Shown piece by piece: positions 47,624 to 57,006 of a stretch of 64,000 nucleotides of DNA (the first letter of the stretch is position 1; every line of letters starts with the position of its first letter). Both the position numbers and the translations under genes were made by a program. The DNA is from Oscillospiraceae bacterium (GTDB taxonomy: Bacteria; Bacillota; Clostridia; Oscillospirales; Oscillospiraceae): NCBI GenBank assembly GCA_017552325.1, contig JAFZQE010000037.1:4926-68925 (forward strand). The letters are read 5' to 3'. The notes under the pieces were generated by a model. It worked only from the letters and a program-made list of their open reading frames with translations, was not told where the DNA came from and searched no databases.

Positions 47624-48661
47624 ATGATATCTCTGCTGGCGGCCTGTCTGCTGCTGACGCCTGCGCTGCCTGATGTTCCGCGCCCCGCGCCGGAGATCAG
47701 CGCCGTCTCCGCCGTGCTGACGGACGCGAACGGACGCGTCGTATACGAAAAGGACGCGCATCGCATGCTGCCGACAGCCAGCACGACGAAGATCATGACG
47801 GCGCTCGTCGTACTCGAAAACTGCGACCTGAGCGAGCGCGTCGAGATCCCAGCCTCCTGCTGCGGGATCGAGGGCTCGTCGATGCTCCTCAGGCCCGGCG
47901 AGAGCTATACCGTGCGCGAGCTGCTGACCGGGCTGCTGCTCGTCTCCGGCAACGACGCCGCGGCCGCGCTGGCCTGCTGCTGCGCCGGGGATATCGCGTC
48001 ATTTTCCGCGCTGATGAACGCGAAGGCGAAGGCGCTCGGCATGGCGGACACGCATTTTCTCAACCCGCACGGCCTGAACGAGGCCGGGCATTATTCGACG
48101 GCTTACGATATGGCGCTGCTGATGCGCGCCGCGATGGACGACGGGCGTTTTGCCGAGATTTCCGCGCTGGAGCGCGCGGAGGTCGGCGGGCGGGTGCTGC
48201 TCAATCACAACAAGCTCCTGACGCGCTGCGAGGGCTGCATCGGCGGGAAGACCGGCTATACGCAGGTCGCGGGCCGCTGCCTTGTCAGCTGCGCCGAGCG
48301 CTCGCACTGCCGCCTGTACTGTGTGACGCTGAACGACCCGGACGACTGGGACGACCACGAAGCGCTCTACGACTGGGCCTTTTCCCGCTGCGAAGAGTAC
48401 GTTTTCGACGCGGGGAGCTGCCGTTATCAGATCCCTCTGCTGTCCGGTTTGGAAGAGAACACGGTCGCCGTGCCCGCGAAAGACGAAAAGCTGCTTCTCC
48501 CGCGAAACGGAGCGCTGCGCGTCCGCGCGGAGCTGCCGTTCTACGTGTTCGCGCCGGCAGCGCGGGGCTCTCCGGCCGGAAGGCTGCGTGTCTACGACGG
48601 CGAACGGCTGATCGCCGTGATCCCGATGGTCTATGCGGAGGACTGTCCGCTCAATTGGTGA
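47624..48661 (+). CDS. D-alanyl-D-alanine carboxypeptidase (low-MW PBP, S11 family)
   Basis: SxxK motif ASTTKIMT, SxN motif SGNDAA, and KTG motif GKTGYT. ATG 47624 chosen because the GTG at 47603 lies inside the terminator stem. Confidence 0.85.
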   Translation: MISLLAACLLLTPALPDVPRPAPEISAVSAVLTDANGRVVYEKDAHRMLPTASTTKIMTALVVLENCDLSERVEIPASCCGIEGSSMLLRPGESYTVRELLTGLLLVSGNDAAAALACCCAGDIASFSALMNAKAKALGMADTHFLNPHGLNEAGHYSTAYDMALLMRAAMDDGRFAEISALERAEVGGRVLLNHNKLLTRCEGCIGGKTGYTQVAGRCLVSCAERSHCRLYCVTLNDPDDWDDHEALYDWAFSRCEEYVFDAGSCRYQIPLLSGLEENTVAVPAKDEKLLLPRNGALRVRAELPFYVFAPAARGSPAGRLRVYDGERLIAVIPMVYAEDCPLNW

Positions 48662-48665
48662 AAAA

Positions 48666-49373
48666 ATGGCTGAAAGACTGCAGAAAATCATCGCGTCGGC
48701 GGGGCTGATGTCCCGCCGCGCGGCCGAAGAGGCGATCCTGGCCGGGCGCGTGAGCGTCAACGGCGCGGCCGCCTCGCTCGGCGACCGGGCCGACCCTGAG
48801 ACCGACGAGATCCTGCTCGACGGCATTCCGGTCGGACAGGCCGGACAAAAGCTGTATCTTGCGATGAACAAGCCGCGCGGCGTCGTGACGACGATGAGCG
48901 ACGAGAAGGGCCGCCGGAGCGTGGCCGATCTGGTCGCCGGGCTCGGCGTCCGGGTCTATCCGATCGGCCGCCTCGACCTCAATTCCGAGGGCCTGCTGCT
49001 GCTGACGAACGACGGCGATTTTGCCAACCGCGTCAGCCACCCCTCGCACGAGATCGAAAAGTGCTACCACACCCTGGTGCGCGGCGAAGATCTCGGGCAT
49101 GCCGCGGAGAGGCTCTCGCGCCCGATGAGGATCGACGGCTATGATATCGCCCCGGCGAAGGTCCGGCTGCTGCGCGTGACGGACGGGGGCGAGGCGCTGC
49201 TGTCGGTGACGATCCACGAGGGCCGAAATCGCCAGGTTCGTAAAATGTGCGAGCAGGCGGGGCTCCGCGTGCTGCGGCTCGTGCGCGTCTGCGAGGGCGC
49301 GGTGGAGCTCGGCGAGCTGCCGCCCGGCAAGTGGCGCGCGCTGACGAAGGAAGAGATCGCATTCTTTGACTGA
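48666..49373 (+). CDS. rluB: Pseudouridine synthase, RsuA/RluB family
   Basis: S4 domain RLQKIIASAGLMSRRAAE and catalytic GRLDLNSEGLLLLTNDG. Confidence 0.88.
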   Translation: MAERLQKIIASAGLMSRRAAEEAILAGRVSVNGAAASLGDRADPETDEILLDGIPVGQAGQKLYLAMNKPRGVVTTMSDEKGRRSVADLVAGLGVRVYPIGRLDLNSEGLLLLTNDGDFANRVSHPSHEIEKCYHTLVRGEDLGHAAERLSRPMRIDGYDIAPAKVRLLRVTDGGEALLSVTIHEGRNRQVRKMCEQAGLRVLRLVRVCEGAVELGELPPGKWRALTKEEIAFFD

Positions 49374-49385
49374 GGACTTACATAT

Positions 49386-50636
49386 ATGGATCAAACGCTG
49401 AAAACAAGCGCCGATCTGGTCGTGATCGGCGGGGGAGCGGCCGGGCTGATGTGTGCGGCGACGGCTTCCGGACGCGGCCTGCGTGTGACCGTGCTCGACC
49501 CCAATCAGAAGCTCGGGCGGAAGCTGCGCATCACCGGCAAGGGCCGCTGCAACCTGACCAACAGCTGCGACGTCAAAACGCTGCTCGCCAACATCCCCGG
49601 CGACGGCCGCTTTCTCTACAGCGCGCTCAGCCGCTTTTCCCCGGCCGACGTGATGGCCTGGTTCGAGGAGCGCGGCCTGCCGCTGAAGACCGAGCGCGGC
49701 AACCGCGTCTTTCCCTGCTCGGACAGGGCCGACGACGTGGCGGACACGCTGGTGCGCGAGTGCCGGAAAAACGGCGTTCTTTTTCTGCGGACGAAGGCGA
49801 AGGCGATCGTTTCCGACGAGGGCCGCGTGAGCGGCGTCGTGACCGAAGAGGGGACGATCTCCTGCCGCGCCGCCGCCGTCTGCACCGGCGGGCTCTCGTA
49901 TCCGCTGACCGGCTCCACCGGCGACGGCTACCGCTTTGCCAGGAGCTTCGGCCACACGCTGACCGAGCCGCAGGCCTCGCTCGTCCCGCTCGAGAGCAAG
50001 GACGACTGGTGCGCCGATATGCAGGGCTTTTCGCTCAAGAACGTCACGCTCTCCGCCTACGAGGACGAGAGGCTCATCTACCGCGAGCTCGGCGAGATGC
50101 TCTTCACGCACTTCGGCGTCTCCGGCCCGCTGGTCCTCTCCGCGAGCGCGCACATGCGCCATACGGACAGCCGCAGGTACCGGCTCGAGATCGACCTCAA
50201 GCCGGGGCTCGACGAGAAGAAGCTCGACGCGCGCCTGCTGCGCGATTTTGAAAAGTACGCGAACCGGGAATTCCGCAACGCGCTGGGCGATCTGGCCGGG
50301 CGAAGCATGATCCCGGCGCTGGTGAGGCTCTCGGAGATCCCGCCGGAGACGAAGGTGCACGATATCACGCGCGAGCAGCGGCAGCGCCTGCTTCGCCTGC
50401 TGAAGTCCTTTCCCGTCTCGGTCTCGGGCAAGCGCCCGATCGACGAGGCCATCGTCACCGCCGGCGGCGTCAATCTCAAGGAGATCGACCCGCGCACGAT
50501 GGGCTCGAAGCTGATCCCGGGCCTGTACTTCGCCGGGGAGGTCCTCGACCTCGACGCCTACACCGGCGGCTTCAATCTGCAGATCGCATGGGCCACCGGC
50601 CGCTGCGCCGGCATGGCCGCCTGCAAGGAGGATTAA
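49386..50636 (+). CDS. NAD(P)/FAD-dependent oxidoreductase, BaiN/YhiN family
   Basis: DLVVIGGGAAGLMCA dinucleotide-binding fold and a late YFAGEVLDLDAYTGGFNLQ block. Confidence 0.85.
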   Translation: MDQTLKTSADLVVIGGGAAGLMCAATASGRGLRVTVLDPNQKLGRKLRITGKGRCNLTNSCDVKTLLANIPGDGRFLYSALSRFSPADVMAWFEERGLPLKTERGNRVFPCSDRADDVADTLVRECRKNGVLFLRTKAKAIVSDEGRVSGVVTEEGTISCRAAAVCTGGLSYPLTGSTGDGYRFARSFGHTLTEPQASLVPLESKDDWCADMQGFSLKNVTLSAYEDERLIYRELGEMLFTHFGVSGPLVLSASAHMRHTDSRRYRLEIDLKPGLDEKKLDARLLRDFEKYANREFRNALGDLAGRSMIPALVRLSEIPPETKVHDITREQRQRLLRLLKSFPVSVSGKRPIDEAIVTAGGVNLKEIDPRTMGSKLIPGLYFAGEVLDLDAYTGGFNLQIAWATGRCAGMAACKED

Positions 50637-50637
50637 T

Positions 50638-51324
50638 ATGGACAAACATCTGGTCATCGCCATCGACGGGCCCTCCGGGGCCGGAAAGAGCAGCCTCGCC
50701 CGCCGTGCGGCGGCGCGGTTCGGCATCATCTACGTCGACACCGGCGCGATCTACCGCTGCGTCGGCCTGGCCGCCTGGCGTCTCGGGATCGACACGAAGG
50801 ACGCGGAGGCCGTCGCGGCGCTGCTGCCGTCTCTCGACATCCGCATGGTCTACAGCGAGGCGGGGGAGCAGCGGATGTACCTCGGCGGGGAGGACGTCTC
50901 CTCTGACATCCGCCTGCCGGAGATCTCGATCTGCGCCTCCAACGTCTCGGCCCACGCCGCCGTGCGCGCCTTCCTGCTGGAGATGCAGCGGAAAATGGCC
51001 CGCGAGCACAGCGTTATCATGGACGGGCGCGACATCGGAACGGTCGTGCTGCCGGACGCGGAGCTGAAGATCTACCTGACCGCCAGCGCCGAGGCGCGCG
51101 CGCAGCGCCGCATGCTCGAGCTGCAGGCCAAGGGCATCGACAGCCCCTTCGAAGAGGTGCTGCGCGACATCGAGCTGCGCGACTGGCAGGACTCGCACCG
51201 CGCGGAAGCGCCGCTGCGCCGGGCCGACGACGCCGTGCTGCTCGACACGACGGACTATGATTTCGACGAGAGCTTCGCGCTGCTGTGCGGGATCATTCGG
51301 GAAAGGTTCGGCCTGGCAGAATGA
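50638..51324 (+). CDS. cmk: Cytidylate kinase
   Basis: IAIDGPSGAGKSS P-loop and MDGRDIGTVV. Confidence 0.92.
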   Translation: MDKHLVIAIDGPSGAGKSSLARRAAARFGIIYVDTGAIYRCVGLAAWRLGIDTKDAEAVAALLPSLDIRMVYSEAGEQRMYLGGEDVSSDIRLPEISICASNVSAHAAVRAFLLEMQRKMAREHSVIMDGRDIGTVVLPDAELKIYLTASAEARAQRRMLELQAKGIDSPFEEVLRDIELRDWQDSHRAEAPLRRADDAVLLDTTDYDFDESFALLCGIIRERFGLAE

Positions 51325-53390
51325 AGGAGCTCGTCGTTGCGCAGAGCGCCGGCTTCTGCTTCGGCGTCAGGCGCTCGGTGGACATGGCCGAGAAGCTGCT
51401 GGAGGAAGGCGGCCCGGTCGCGAGCCTCGGCGAGCTGATCCACAACGAGCAGGTCGTCAGCGAGATGGCCAGGCGCGGCCTGCGCGTGATCGAAGCACCC
51501 GAAGAGGCGCGGGAAGGGGAGACGGTCATCATCCGCGCCCACGGCGTGTCCGAGGAAGTGATCGCTCAGCTCGAATCCCGCGGCGTCCGCGTCGTCGACG
51601 CCACCTGTCCGAAGGTGAAGGCGATCCACACCATCGTCCGCCGCGCCTCCGAGGAGGGCCGCTTCGTGATCATCATCGGCATGCCCCGCCATCCCGAGGT
51701 CGAGGGCATCCGCGGCTGGTGCAGGGACTGCGAAGTCTTTGAAAATGCACAGGAATTGGAAAACCTGCTGGAAAGCAGCCCCAGCTTTTGGAATAAACCG
51801 GTAAGCGTCGTCGTACAGACCACGCAAACGCAAAATAATTTCGAAAAATGCTGCGATTTCATAAAAAAAAGGTGTACAAACGCAAAAATATCTGATACAA
51901 TATGCCTCGCTACGTCTACGCGCCAGAAGGAAGCGGCGGAGATCGCATCCCGGAGCGACGCCATGATCGTCATCGGCGGCAGGCACAGCGCCAACAGCAT
52001 CCACCTCGCGGAGATCTGCGGCGAGTTCTGCGATCGCGTGCAGTTTATCGAGAGTGCGGATGAGCTGGATCTGGCCTCACTACAGGGCTGTGACAGGATC
52101 GGGCTGACGGCCGGGGCTTCCACCCCCGCGTGGATAATTAAGGAGGTAAGAAACAAAATGGACGAACTGAACGAAATCAAAGTTGAAGAAAAAGTTGAAG
52201 AAGCTCCCGTGCAGAAGGAACTTTCCTTCGACGAAATGCTGGAGGAGACTCTCAAAACGATATATAACGGGGACAAGGTGAAGGGCCTTGTCGTCGCGAT
52301 CACCGGCACGGAGATCAGCGTCGACCTCGGCACCAAGTATTCCGGCTTTATCCCCACCTCTGAGTTTACCGACGACGGCATCAAGGTCGAAGACGCCGTC
52401 AAGGTCGGCGACGAGATCGAAGCGATCGTCGTCCGCGTCAACGACGTGGAAGGCACCGCGCAGCTGAGCAAGAAGCGCATGGACGCCGTCCGCAACTGGA
52501 CCGACATCGAGGCGGCCGCCGAAGACGGCACCATCGTCGAGGGCGTCGTCACCGAGGAGAACAAGGGCGGCATCGTCGTCAACGTCAAGGGCGTGCGCGT
52601 CTTCGTTCCCGCTTCCCAGACCGATCTGCCCCGCGAGGCCAACCTTTCCGAGCTCCTCAAGCAGACCGTGCGCCTCAAGATCACCGAGGTCAACAAGGCC
52701 CGCAAGCGCGTCGTCGGCTCCATCCGCCGCGTCGCCCAGGCCGAGCGCCGCGCGCGCACCGAAGCGATCTGGAATGAGATCGAGGTCGGCAAGAAGTATC
52801 ACGGCACCGTCAAGTCCCTGACCAGCTACGGCGCCTTCGTCGACATCGGCGGCATCGACGGCATGGTCCACGTGTCCGAGCTGAGCTGGGGCCGCATCCA
52901 CCAGCCCTCCGAGGTCGTCTCCGTCGGCGACGAGATCGACGTCTACGTCATCAGCTTCGACAAGGAGAAGCGCAAGATCTCCCTCGGCTACAAGGATCCC
53001 GAGGGCAATCCCTGGACCGTCTTCACCAACAGGTACGCCGTGGGCGACGTCGCCCAGGTCAAAATCGTCAAGCTGATGGACTTCGGTGCCTTCGCCGAGG
53101 TCGTTCCTGGCGTCGACGGCCTGATCCACATCTCTCAGATCGCCAATCGCCGCATCGGCAAGCCCGGCGACGTGCTGACGGTCGGCGACGTGGTCGAGGC
53201 GAAGATCACCGCGATCGACAACGACAAGCACAAGGTCTCCCTGTCCATCCGCGCCCTGTCCGAGCCGGCGCCCGCCCCCAAGGCTGAGGAACCTGAGGAA
53301 GAGCCCGTTCCCGCCGAGGACGCGCTGGTCTATGAGGTCTCCGCCACCGGCGAGGCCACCGGCATCGCTCCCGAGACCGACGAGGAGTAA
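51321..53390 (+). CDS. ispH: Bifunctional 4-hydroxy-3-methylbut-2-enyl diphosphate reductase (IspH) / ribosomal protein S1-like (four S1 domains)
   Basis: ATGA overlap with cmk. IspH blocks AGFCFGVRRS, DATCPKV and HSANS, followed by repeated S1 motifs (GFIP.SE, GMVHVSELSW, GLIHISQI). Confidence 0.9.
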   Translation: MKELVVAQSAGFCFGVRRSVDMAEKLLEEGGPVASLGELIHNEQVVSEMARRGLRVIEAPEEAREGETVIIRAHGVSEEVIAQLESRGVRVVDATCPKVKAIHTIVRRASEEGRFVIIIGMPRHPEVEGIRGWCRDCEVFENAQELENLLESSPSFWNKPVSVVVQTTQTQNNFEKCCDFIKKRCTNAKISDTICLATSTRQKEAAEIASRSDAMIVIGGRHSANSIHLAEICGEFCDRVQFIESADELDLASLQGCDRIGLTAGASTPAWIIKEVRNKMDELNEIKVEEKVEEAPVQKELSFDEMLEETLKTIYNGDKVKGLVVAITGTEISVDLGTKYSGFIPTSEFTDDGIKVEDAVKVGDEIEAIVVRVNDVEGTAQLSKKRMDAVRNWTDIEAAAEDGTIVEGVVTEENKGGIVVNVKGVRVFVPASQTDLPREANLSELLKQTVRLKITEVNKARKRVVGSIRRVAQAERRARTEAIWNEIEVGKKYHGTVKSLTSYGAFVDIGGIDGMVHVSELSWGRIHQPSEVVSVGDEIDVYVISFDKEKRKISLGYKDPEGNPWTVFTNRYAVGDVAQVKIVKLMDFGAFAEVVPGVDGLIHISQIANRRIGKPGDVLTVGDVVEAKITAIDNDKHKVSLSIRALSEPAPAPKAEEPEEEPVPAEDALVYEVSATGEATGIAPETDEE

Positions 53391-53400
53391 TTTCTTCAAC

Positions 53401-53443
53401 AAAAAAGAAGCTCTGTACCGCGTACAGAGCTTCTTTTTATTTT
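53401..53443. terminator. Bidirectional terminator
   Basis: A6, then GAAGCTCTGTAC paired with GTACAGAGCTTC, then T5ATTTT, between convergent genes. Confidence 0.85.
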
Positions 53444-53450
53444 GTATTGT

Positions 53451-54383
53451 TCAACCGAGCTTTTCGCTGATCCAGTTCATCACGTCGCTGAAGACCTCCT
53501 CGTGATTGAGCTCGAGCAGGATCTCGTGCCGCGCGCCGGGGTAGAGCTTCATCGTCACGTCCCGGATCCCCGCGTCATTGAAGGCCTGCACGGCGCGCTT
53601 GACGCCCTCGCCGCGCTCGCCGACCGGGTCCTCCGCGCCCGCGATGAAGAGGACGGGCGTGTTTTTGTTCATCAGGGAGATGTTCCGCGGGTCGGAGATG
53701 AACTTGATGCCGCCCATCATGTCGCGGAAGAGGCTGACCGTCGGCACGAAGCCGCAGAGCGGATCGCCGACGTACTTGTCGACCTCCTTCGGGTCGCGGT
53801 TGAGCCAGTCGCATTCGGTGCGCGGATTCTCGATGTCCTTGCAGTAGCTGCCGAAGGCGACCTTGTTGAGGACCTTCCCGATCTTGCGCGGGCCGCCGAG
53901 CGCGACGCCGAGCTTTGCGAGCGTGTTGCCGCCGGCGACCATCGCGGGGGCCTGCTGCCCGGTGCCGCAGATGATGGTCAGGCTCGGCTCGTCCGGATGC
54001 AGGATGACGTAGTGGCGGGTCAGGAAGCTGCCCATGCTGTGGCCGAAGAAGATGTACGGGACCTCCGGGTACTTCTCCGTCATGATCTTGTGCAGCTTCG
54101 CCATGTCGTCCAGCACGTACTGCCAGCCGTTCTTTTCGGCGAAGATGCCCTGCTCCTCGGGCACGGCGATGGATTTGCCGTGGCCCAGATGGTCGTTGCC
54201 GACGGCGACGAAGCCGTTTTCAGCGAGAAAGCGCATGAAGGGCTCGTAGCGGTCGATATACTCCGCCACGCCGTGGGCGATCTGCACGACGCCGCGCACC
54301 TCGCCGTCCGGCACGGCCATTTTGGCGTAGAGCTTGTTGCAGCCTGTGGTCGAGGCAAAATTGAATTCCTGGATAGTCGGCAT
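53451..54383 (-). CDS. Alpha/beta hydrolase (lysophospholipase / monoacylglycerol lipase-like)
   Basis: HGVAEY, nucleophile elbow GHSMGS and a late ARHE block. Confidence 0.8.
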   Translation of the reverse strand: MPTIQEFNFASTTGCNKLYAKMAVPDGEVRGVVQIAHGVAEYIDRYEPFMRFLAENGFVAVGNDHLGHGKSIAVPEEQGIFAEKNGWQYVLDDMAKLHKIMTEKYPEVPYIFFGHSMGSFLTRHYVILHPDEPSLTIICGTGQQAPAMVAGGNTLAKLGVALGGPRKIGKVLNKVAFGSYCKDIENPRTECDWLNRDPKEVDKYVGDPLCGFVPTVSLFRDMMGGIKFISDPRNISLMNKNTPVLFIAGAEDPVGERGEGVKRAVQAFNDAGIRDVTMKLYPGARHEILLELNHEEVFSDVMNWISEKLG

Positions 54384-54434
54384 GTCTGTTCCTCCTTTTT
54401 GCCGGGTTTCGTTCCTGAATAATGCTTCCGAATG

Positions 54435-54462
54435 AAAAACTGCCGCAGCGAGGCTGCGGCAG
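54435..54462 (-). terminator. Intrinsic terminator after ackA
   Basis: CTGCCGCAG pairs with CTGCGGCAG (54440-54462). A T5 run follows on the minus strand (54439-54435). Confidence 0.75.
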
Positions 54463-54469
54463 TTGTGTT

Positions 54470-55666
54470 TCAGCCGACGATATCGCGGGTATCGCGGGCG
54501 ATGACGAGCTCCTCGTTCGTGGGGATGACGAAGACCTTGACCGGGGAGTCGGGGGTGGAGATCATGATGTCCTGGCCGCGGGTATTGTTGGCCTCGGGAT
54601 CGACCTTCACGCCGAGATAGCCGAAGTACTCGCAGATGCCCGCGCGGGCGTCCTTGTCGTTCTCGCCGACGCCGGCGGTGAAGATGATCGCGTCGACACC
54701 GTTCATCGCGGCGATATAGGAGCCGGCGACCTTGGCGACCCAGTAGTAGAACATGTCAAGCGCGAGCTGCGCGCGCTCGTTGCCCTCGGAAGCGGCCTTG
54801 CCGAGATCGCGGAAGTCGGAGGACACGCCGGAGACGCCGAGCACGCCGGACTTCTTGTTGAGGATGTTCAGCATGCTGTCGATGCCGTAGCCGTTCTTGT
54901 TCATCAGGAACTGAATGATGCCCGCGTCGAGATCGCCGCAGCGCGTGCCCATCGGCAGACCGACCAGCGGCGTAAAGCCCATGGAGGTGTCGACGACCTT
55001 GCCGTTCTTGACGGCGGCCAGGGAAGAGCCGTTGCCCATGTGGCAGGAGACGATCTTCAGATCCTCGATCGGACGGCCCATCATCTCCGCGCAGCGGGCG
55101 GAGACGTAGCGGTGGGAGGTGCCGTGGAAGCCGTAGCGGCGGATGCCGTACTTTTCGTAATATTCGTAGGGAACGGCGTACATGAAGGCCTTGGCGGGCA
55201 TGGTCTGGTGGAAGGCGGTGTCGAACACGGCGACCATCGGCACGTCGCCCATGACGTCGCGGCAGGCCTTGATGCCGGTGATGTTGGCGGGGTTGTGCAG
55301 CGGGGCGAAGGGGATGCACTCGCGGATCGCGTCGAGCACCTCGTCGGTGATCAGCACAGAGCTGGCAAACTTCTCGCCGCCGTGGACCACGCGGTGGCCG
55401 ACGGCGTCGATCTCCTTCATCGAGGCCACCACGCCGTACTCGGCGCTGGTCAGCTTGTCGATGACGGCGGCGATCGCTTCAGAATGGGTGGGCATGGGGA
55501 CGTCCTCGTTGAAGACGGGCTTGTCGCCGACCAGCGGGGTGTGCTTCAGATGTCCGTCGATGCCGATGCGCTCGCAAAGGCCCTTGGCCAGAAGCTGCTC
55601 GTTGGCCATGTCGATCAGCTGATACTTGAGGGAGGAGCTGCCTGCGTTGATGACAAGAATTTTCAT
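54470..55666 (-). CDS. ackA: Acetate kinase
   Basis: MKILVINAGSSSLKYQL, GHRVVHGG and FTAGVGEN. Confidence 0.95.
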   Translation of the reverse strand: MKILVINAGSSSLKYQLIDMANEQLLAKGLCERIGIDGHLKHTPLVGDKPVFNEDVPMPTHSEAIAAVIDKLTSAEYGVVASMKEIDAVGHRVVHGGEKFASSVLITDEVLDAIRECIPFAPLHNPANITGIKACRDVMGDVPMVAVFDTAFHQTMPAKAFMYAVPYEYYEKYGIRRYGFHGTSHRYVSARCAEMMGRPIEDLKIVSCHMGNGSSLAAVKNGKVVDTSMGFTPLVGLPMGTRCGDLDAGIIQFLMNKNGYGIDSMLNILNKKSGVLGVSGVSSDFRDLGKAASEGNERAQLALDMFYYWVAKVAGSYIAAMNGVDAIIFTAGVGENDKDARAGICEYFGYLGVKVDPEANNTRGQDIMISTPDSPVKVFVIPTNEELVIARDTRDIVG

Positions 55667-55683
55667 CGATTTCTTTCCTTTCT

Positions 55684-55713
55684 ATTGTAAAAGTCGTGGT
55701 TTATCTGTACAAT
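55684..55713. promoter_or_regulatory. Palindromic divergent promoter pair sharing hexamers (ackA leftward, tmcAL rightward)
   Basis: Plus strand: TTGTAA at 55685-55690, 17-nt spacer, TACAAT at 55708-55713. Minus strand: TTGTAC at 55712-55707, 17-nt spacer, TACAAT at 55689-55684. Confidence 0.5.
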
Positions 55714-55776
55714 AGCAATAACCTTATTTATTCTAATACAAATGCGGAAAAAAGCAAGCATTTTTTGGAGCGGATC

Positions 55777-56958
55777 ATGAGCGTTATCGGGATCGTCGCG
55801 GAATACAACCCCTTCCACGGGGGACATCTGCATCATATCGAGCAGTCGCGCGCGCTCGCGGGCGAAGGATCGACCGTCGTCTGCGCGCTGTCGGGCGATT
55901 TCGTCCAGCGGGGCGAGGCCGCCGTCTTTTCCAAATACGCCCGGGCCGAGGCCGCCGTCCGCTGCGGCGCAGACCTCGTCGTCGAGCTGCCGCTGCCCTG
56001 GTGCCTCTCCTCGGCCGAGGGCTTTGCGCGCGGAGCGGTTTCGCTGCTGGGGGAGCTCGGATGCACGCATCTGAGCTTCGGAAGCGAGGCCGGAGACACG
56101 GAAAAACTGAAGCGCCTGGCCGAACTGCTGCTGCGGCCGGAGCTGAACGAGCGCGTCGCCCGGGAGCTGAAGCTCGACCCCGGTCTGAGCTACGCGGCCG
56201 CGCGTCAGCGCGCCGCGGAGTCTGTGATCGGCGAAGACGCGGCGCTCCTTTCCTCGCCCAACAACATCCTCGCGGTCGAGTATCTGAAAACGCTGCTGAC
56301 GGATTATCCCGATATCAATCCGCTGACCGTGAAGAGGACCGGCGGCGGGCACGACGGCGCGGGCTCCGCGCTCGAACTGCGCGAAAGGCTCCGCGCGGGG
56401 GAGGACGTCCTCCCGGAGCTCCCGCCGGAGGCGGCGGAGGTGTTCCGGCGTGAGACCGGGGCGGGCCGCGTCTGCGCCGCGCGCGGGAATATCGAACTCG
56501 CGCTGCTCTCCCGTCTGCGCGCCCTGCCGCTTTCGGCCTTCGAGCTTCTGCCGGACGCCGCCGACGGCCTCGGAAGGCGGCTGTACCAGGCGGTCTCGGA
56601 GGAGCCGACGCTCGACGCGGTGCTGGCCGCGGCAAAGACCAGGCGCTACGCCATGTCGCGCATCCGCCGCATGCTCTGCTGCGCCGCGCTAGGCGTGGAG
56701 GAGGGCATGGCCGCCGGGAAACCGCCCTATGCCCGCGTCCTCGCCGCCAGCGCCCGCGGCTGCGCGCACCTGCGCTCGCTGCGCGGCTCCGCGCTCCCGA
56801 TCATCATGAAGCCCGCCGCGCTGCGGGAAATCGGCGGGGAGGCGCTGCGCTGCTTCGAGCTCGGCGCAGCCGCCCACGACCTCTTCGTCCTCGGCTATCC
56901 GAACGAGCTTGAGCGCCGCGGCGGCGGGGACTGGCGCGAAAGCCCCCGGATCCTCTGA
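55777..56958 (+). CDS. tmcAL: tRNA(Met) cytidine acetate ligase (YlbM/DUF795 nucleotidyltransferase)
   Basis: GIVAEYNPFHGGHLHHI N-terminal HIGH-like motif. ATG 55777 follows GGAGCGG. Confidence 0.8.
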   Translation: MSVIGIVAEYNPFHGGHLHHIEQSRALAGEGSTVVCALSGDFVQRGEAAVFSKYARAEAAVRCGADLVVELPLPWCLSSAEGFARGAVSLLGELGCTHLSFGSEAGDTEKLKRLAELLLRPELNERVARELKLDPGLSYAAARQRAAESVIGEDAALLSSPNNILAVEYLKTLLTDYPDINPLTVKRTGGGHDGAGSALELRERLRAGEDVLPELPPEAAEVFRRETGAGRVCAARGNIELALLSRLRALPLSAFELLPDAADGLGRRLYQAVSEEPTLDAVLAAAKTRRYAMSRIRRMLCCAALGVEEGMAAGKPPYARVLAASARGCAHLRSLRGSALPIIMKPAALREIGGEALRCFELGAAAHDLFVLGYPNELERRGGGDWRESPRIL

Positions 56959-56987
56959 TTTACAAAACGATCCGCCCGTGGTATAAT
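56959..56987 (+). promoter_or_regulatory. Promoter for prfA (TTTACA-17-TATAAT)
   Basis: TTTACA at 56959-56964, 17-nt spacer, TATAAT at 56982-56987. Confidence 0.6.
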
Positions 56988-57006
56988 CCGATGCTGAGGG
57001 ATCGCC

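Noticed and set aside
51321-53390. The IspH-ribosomal protein S1 fusion, considered as a possible novelty.
   Set aside because: To my knowledge this bifunctional architecture is already commonly annotated in Clostridia, so it is reported only as a feature.
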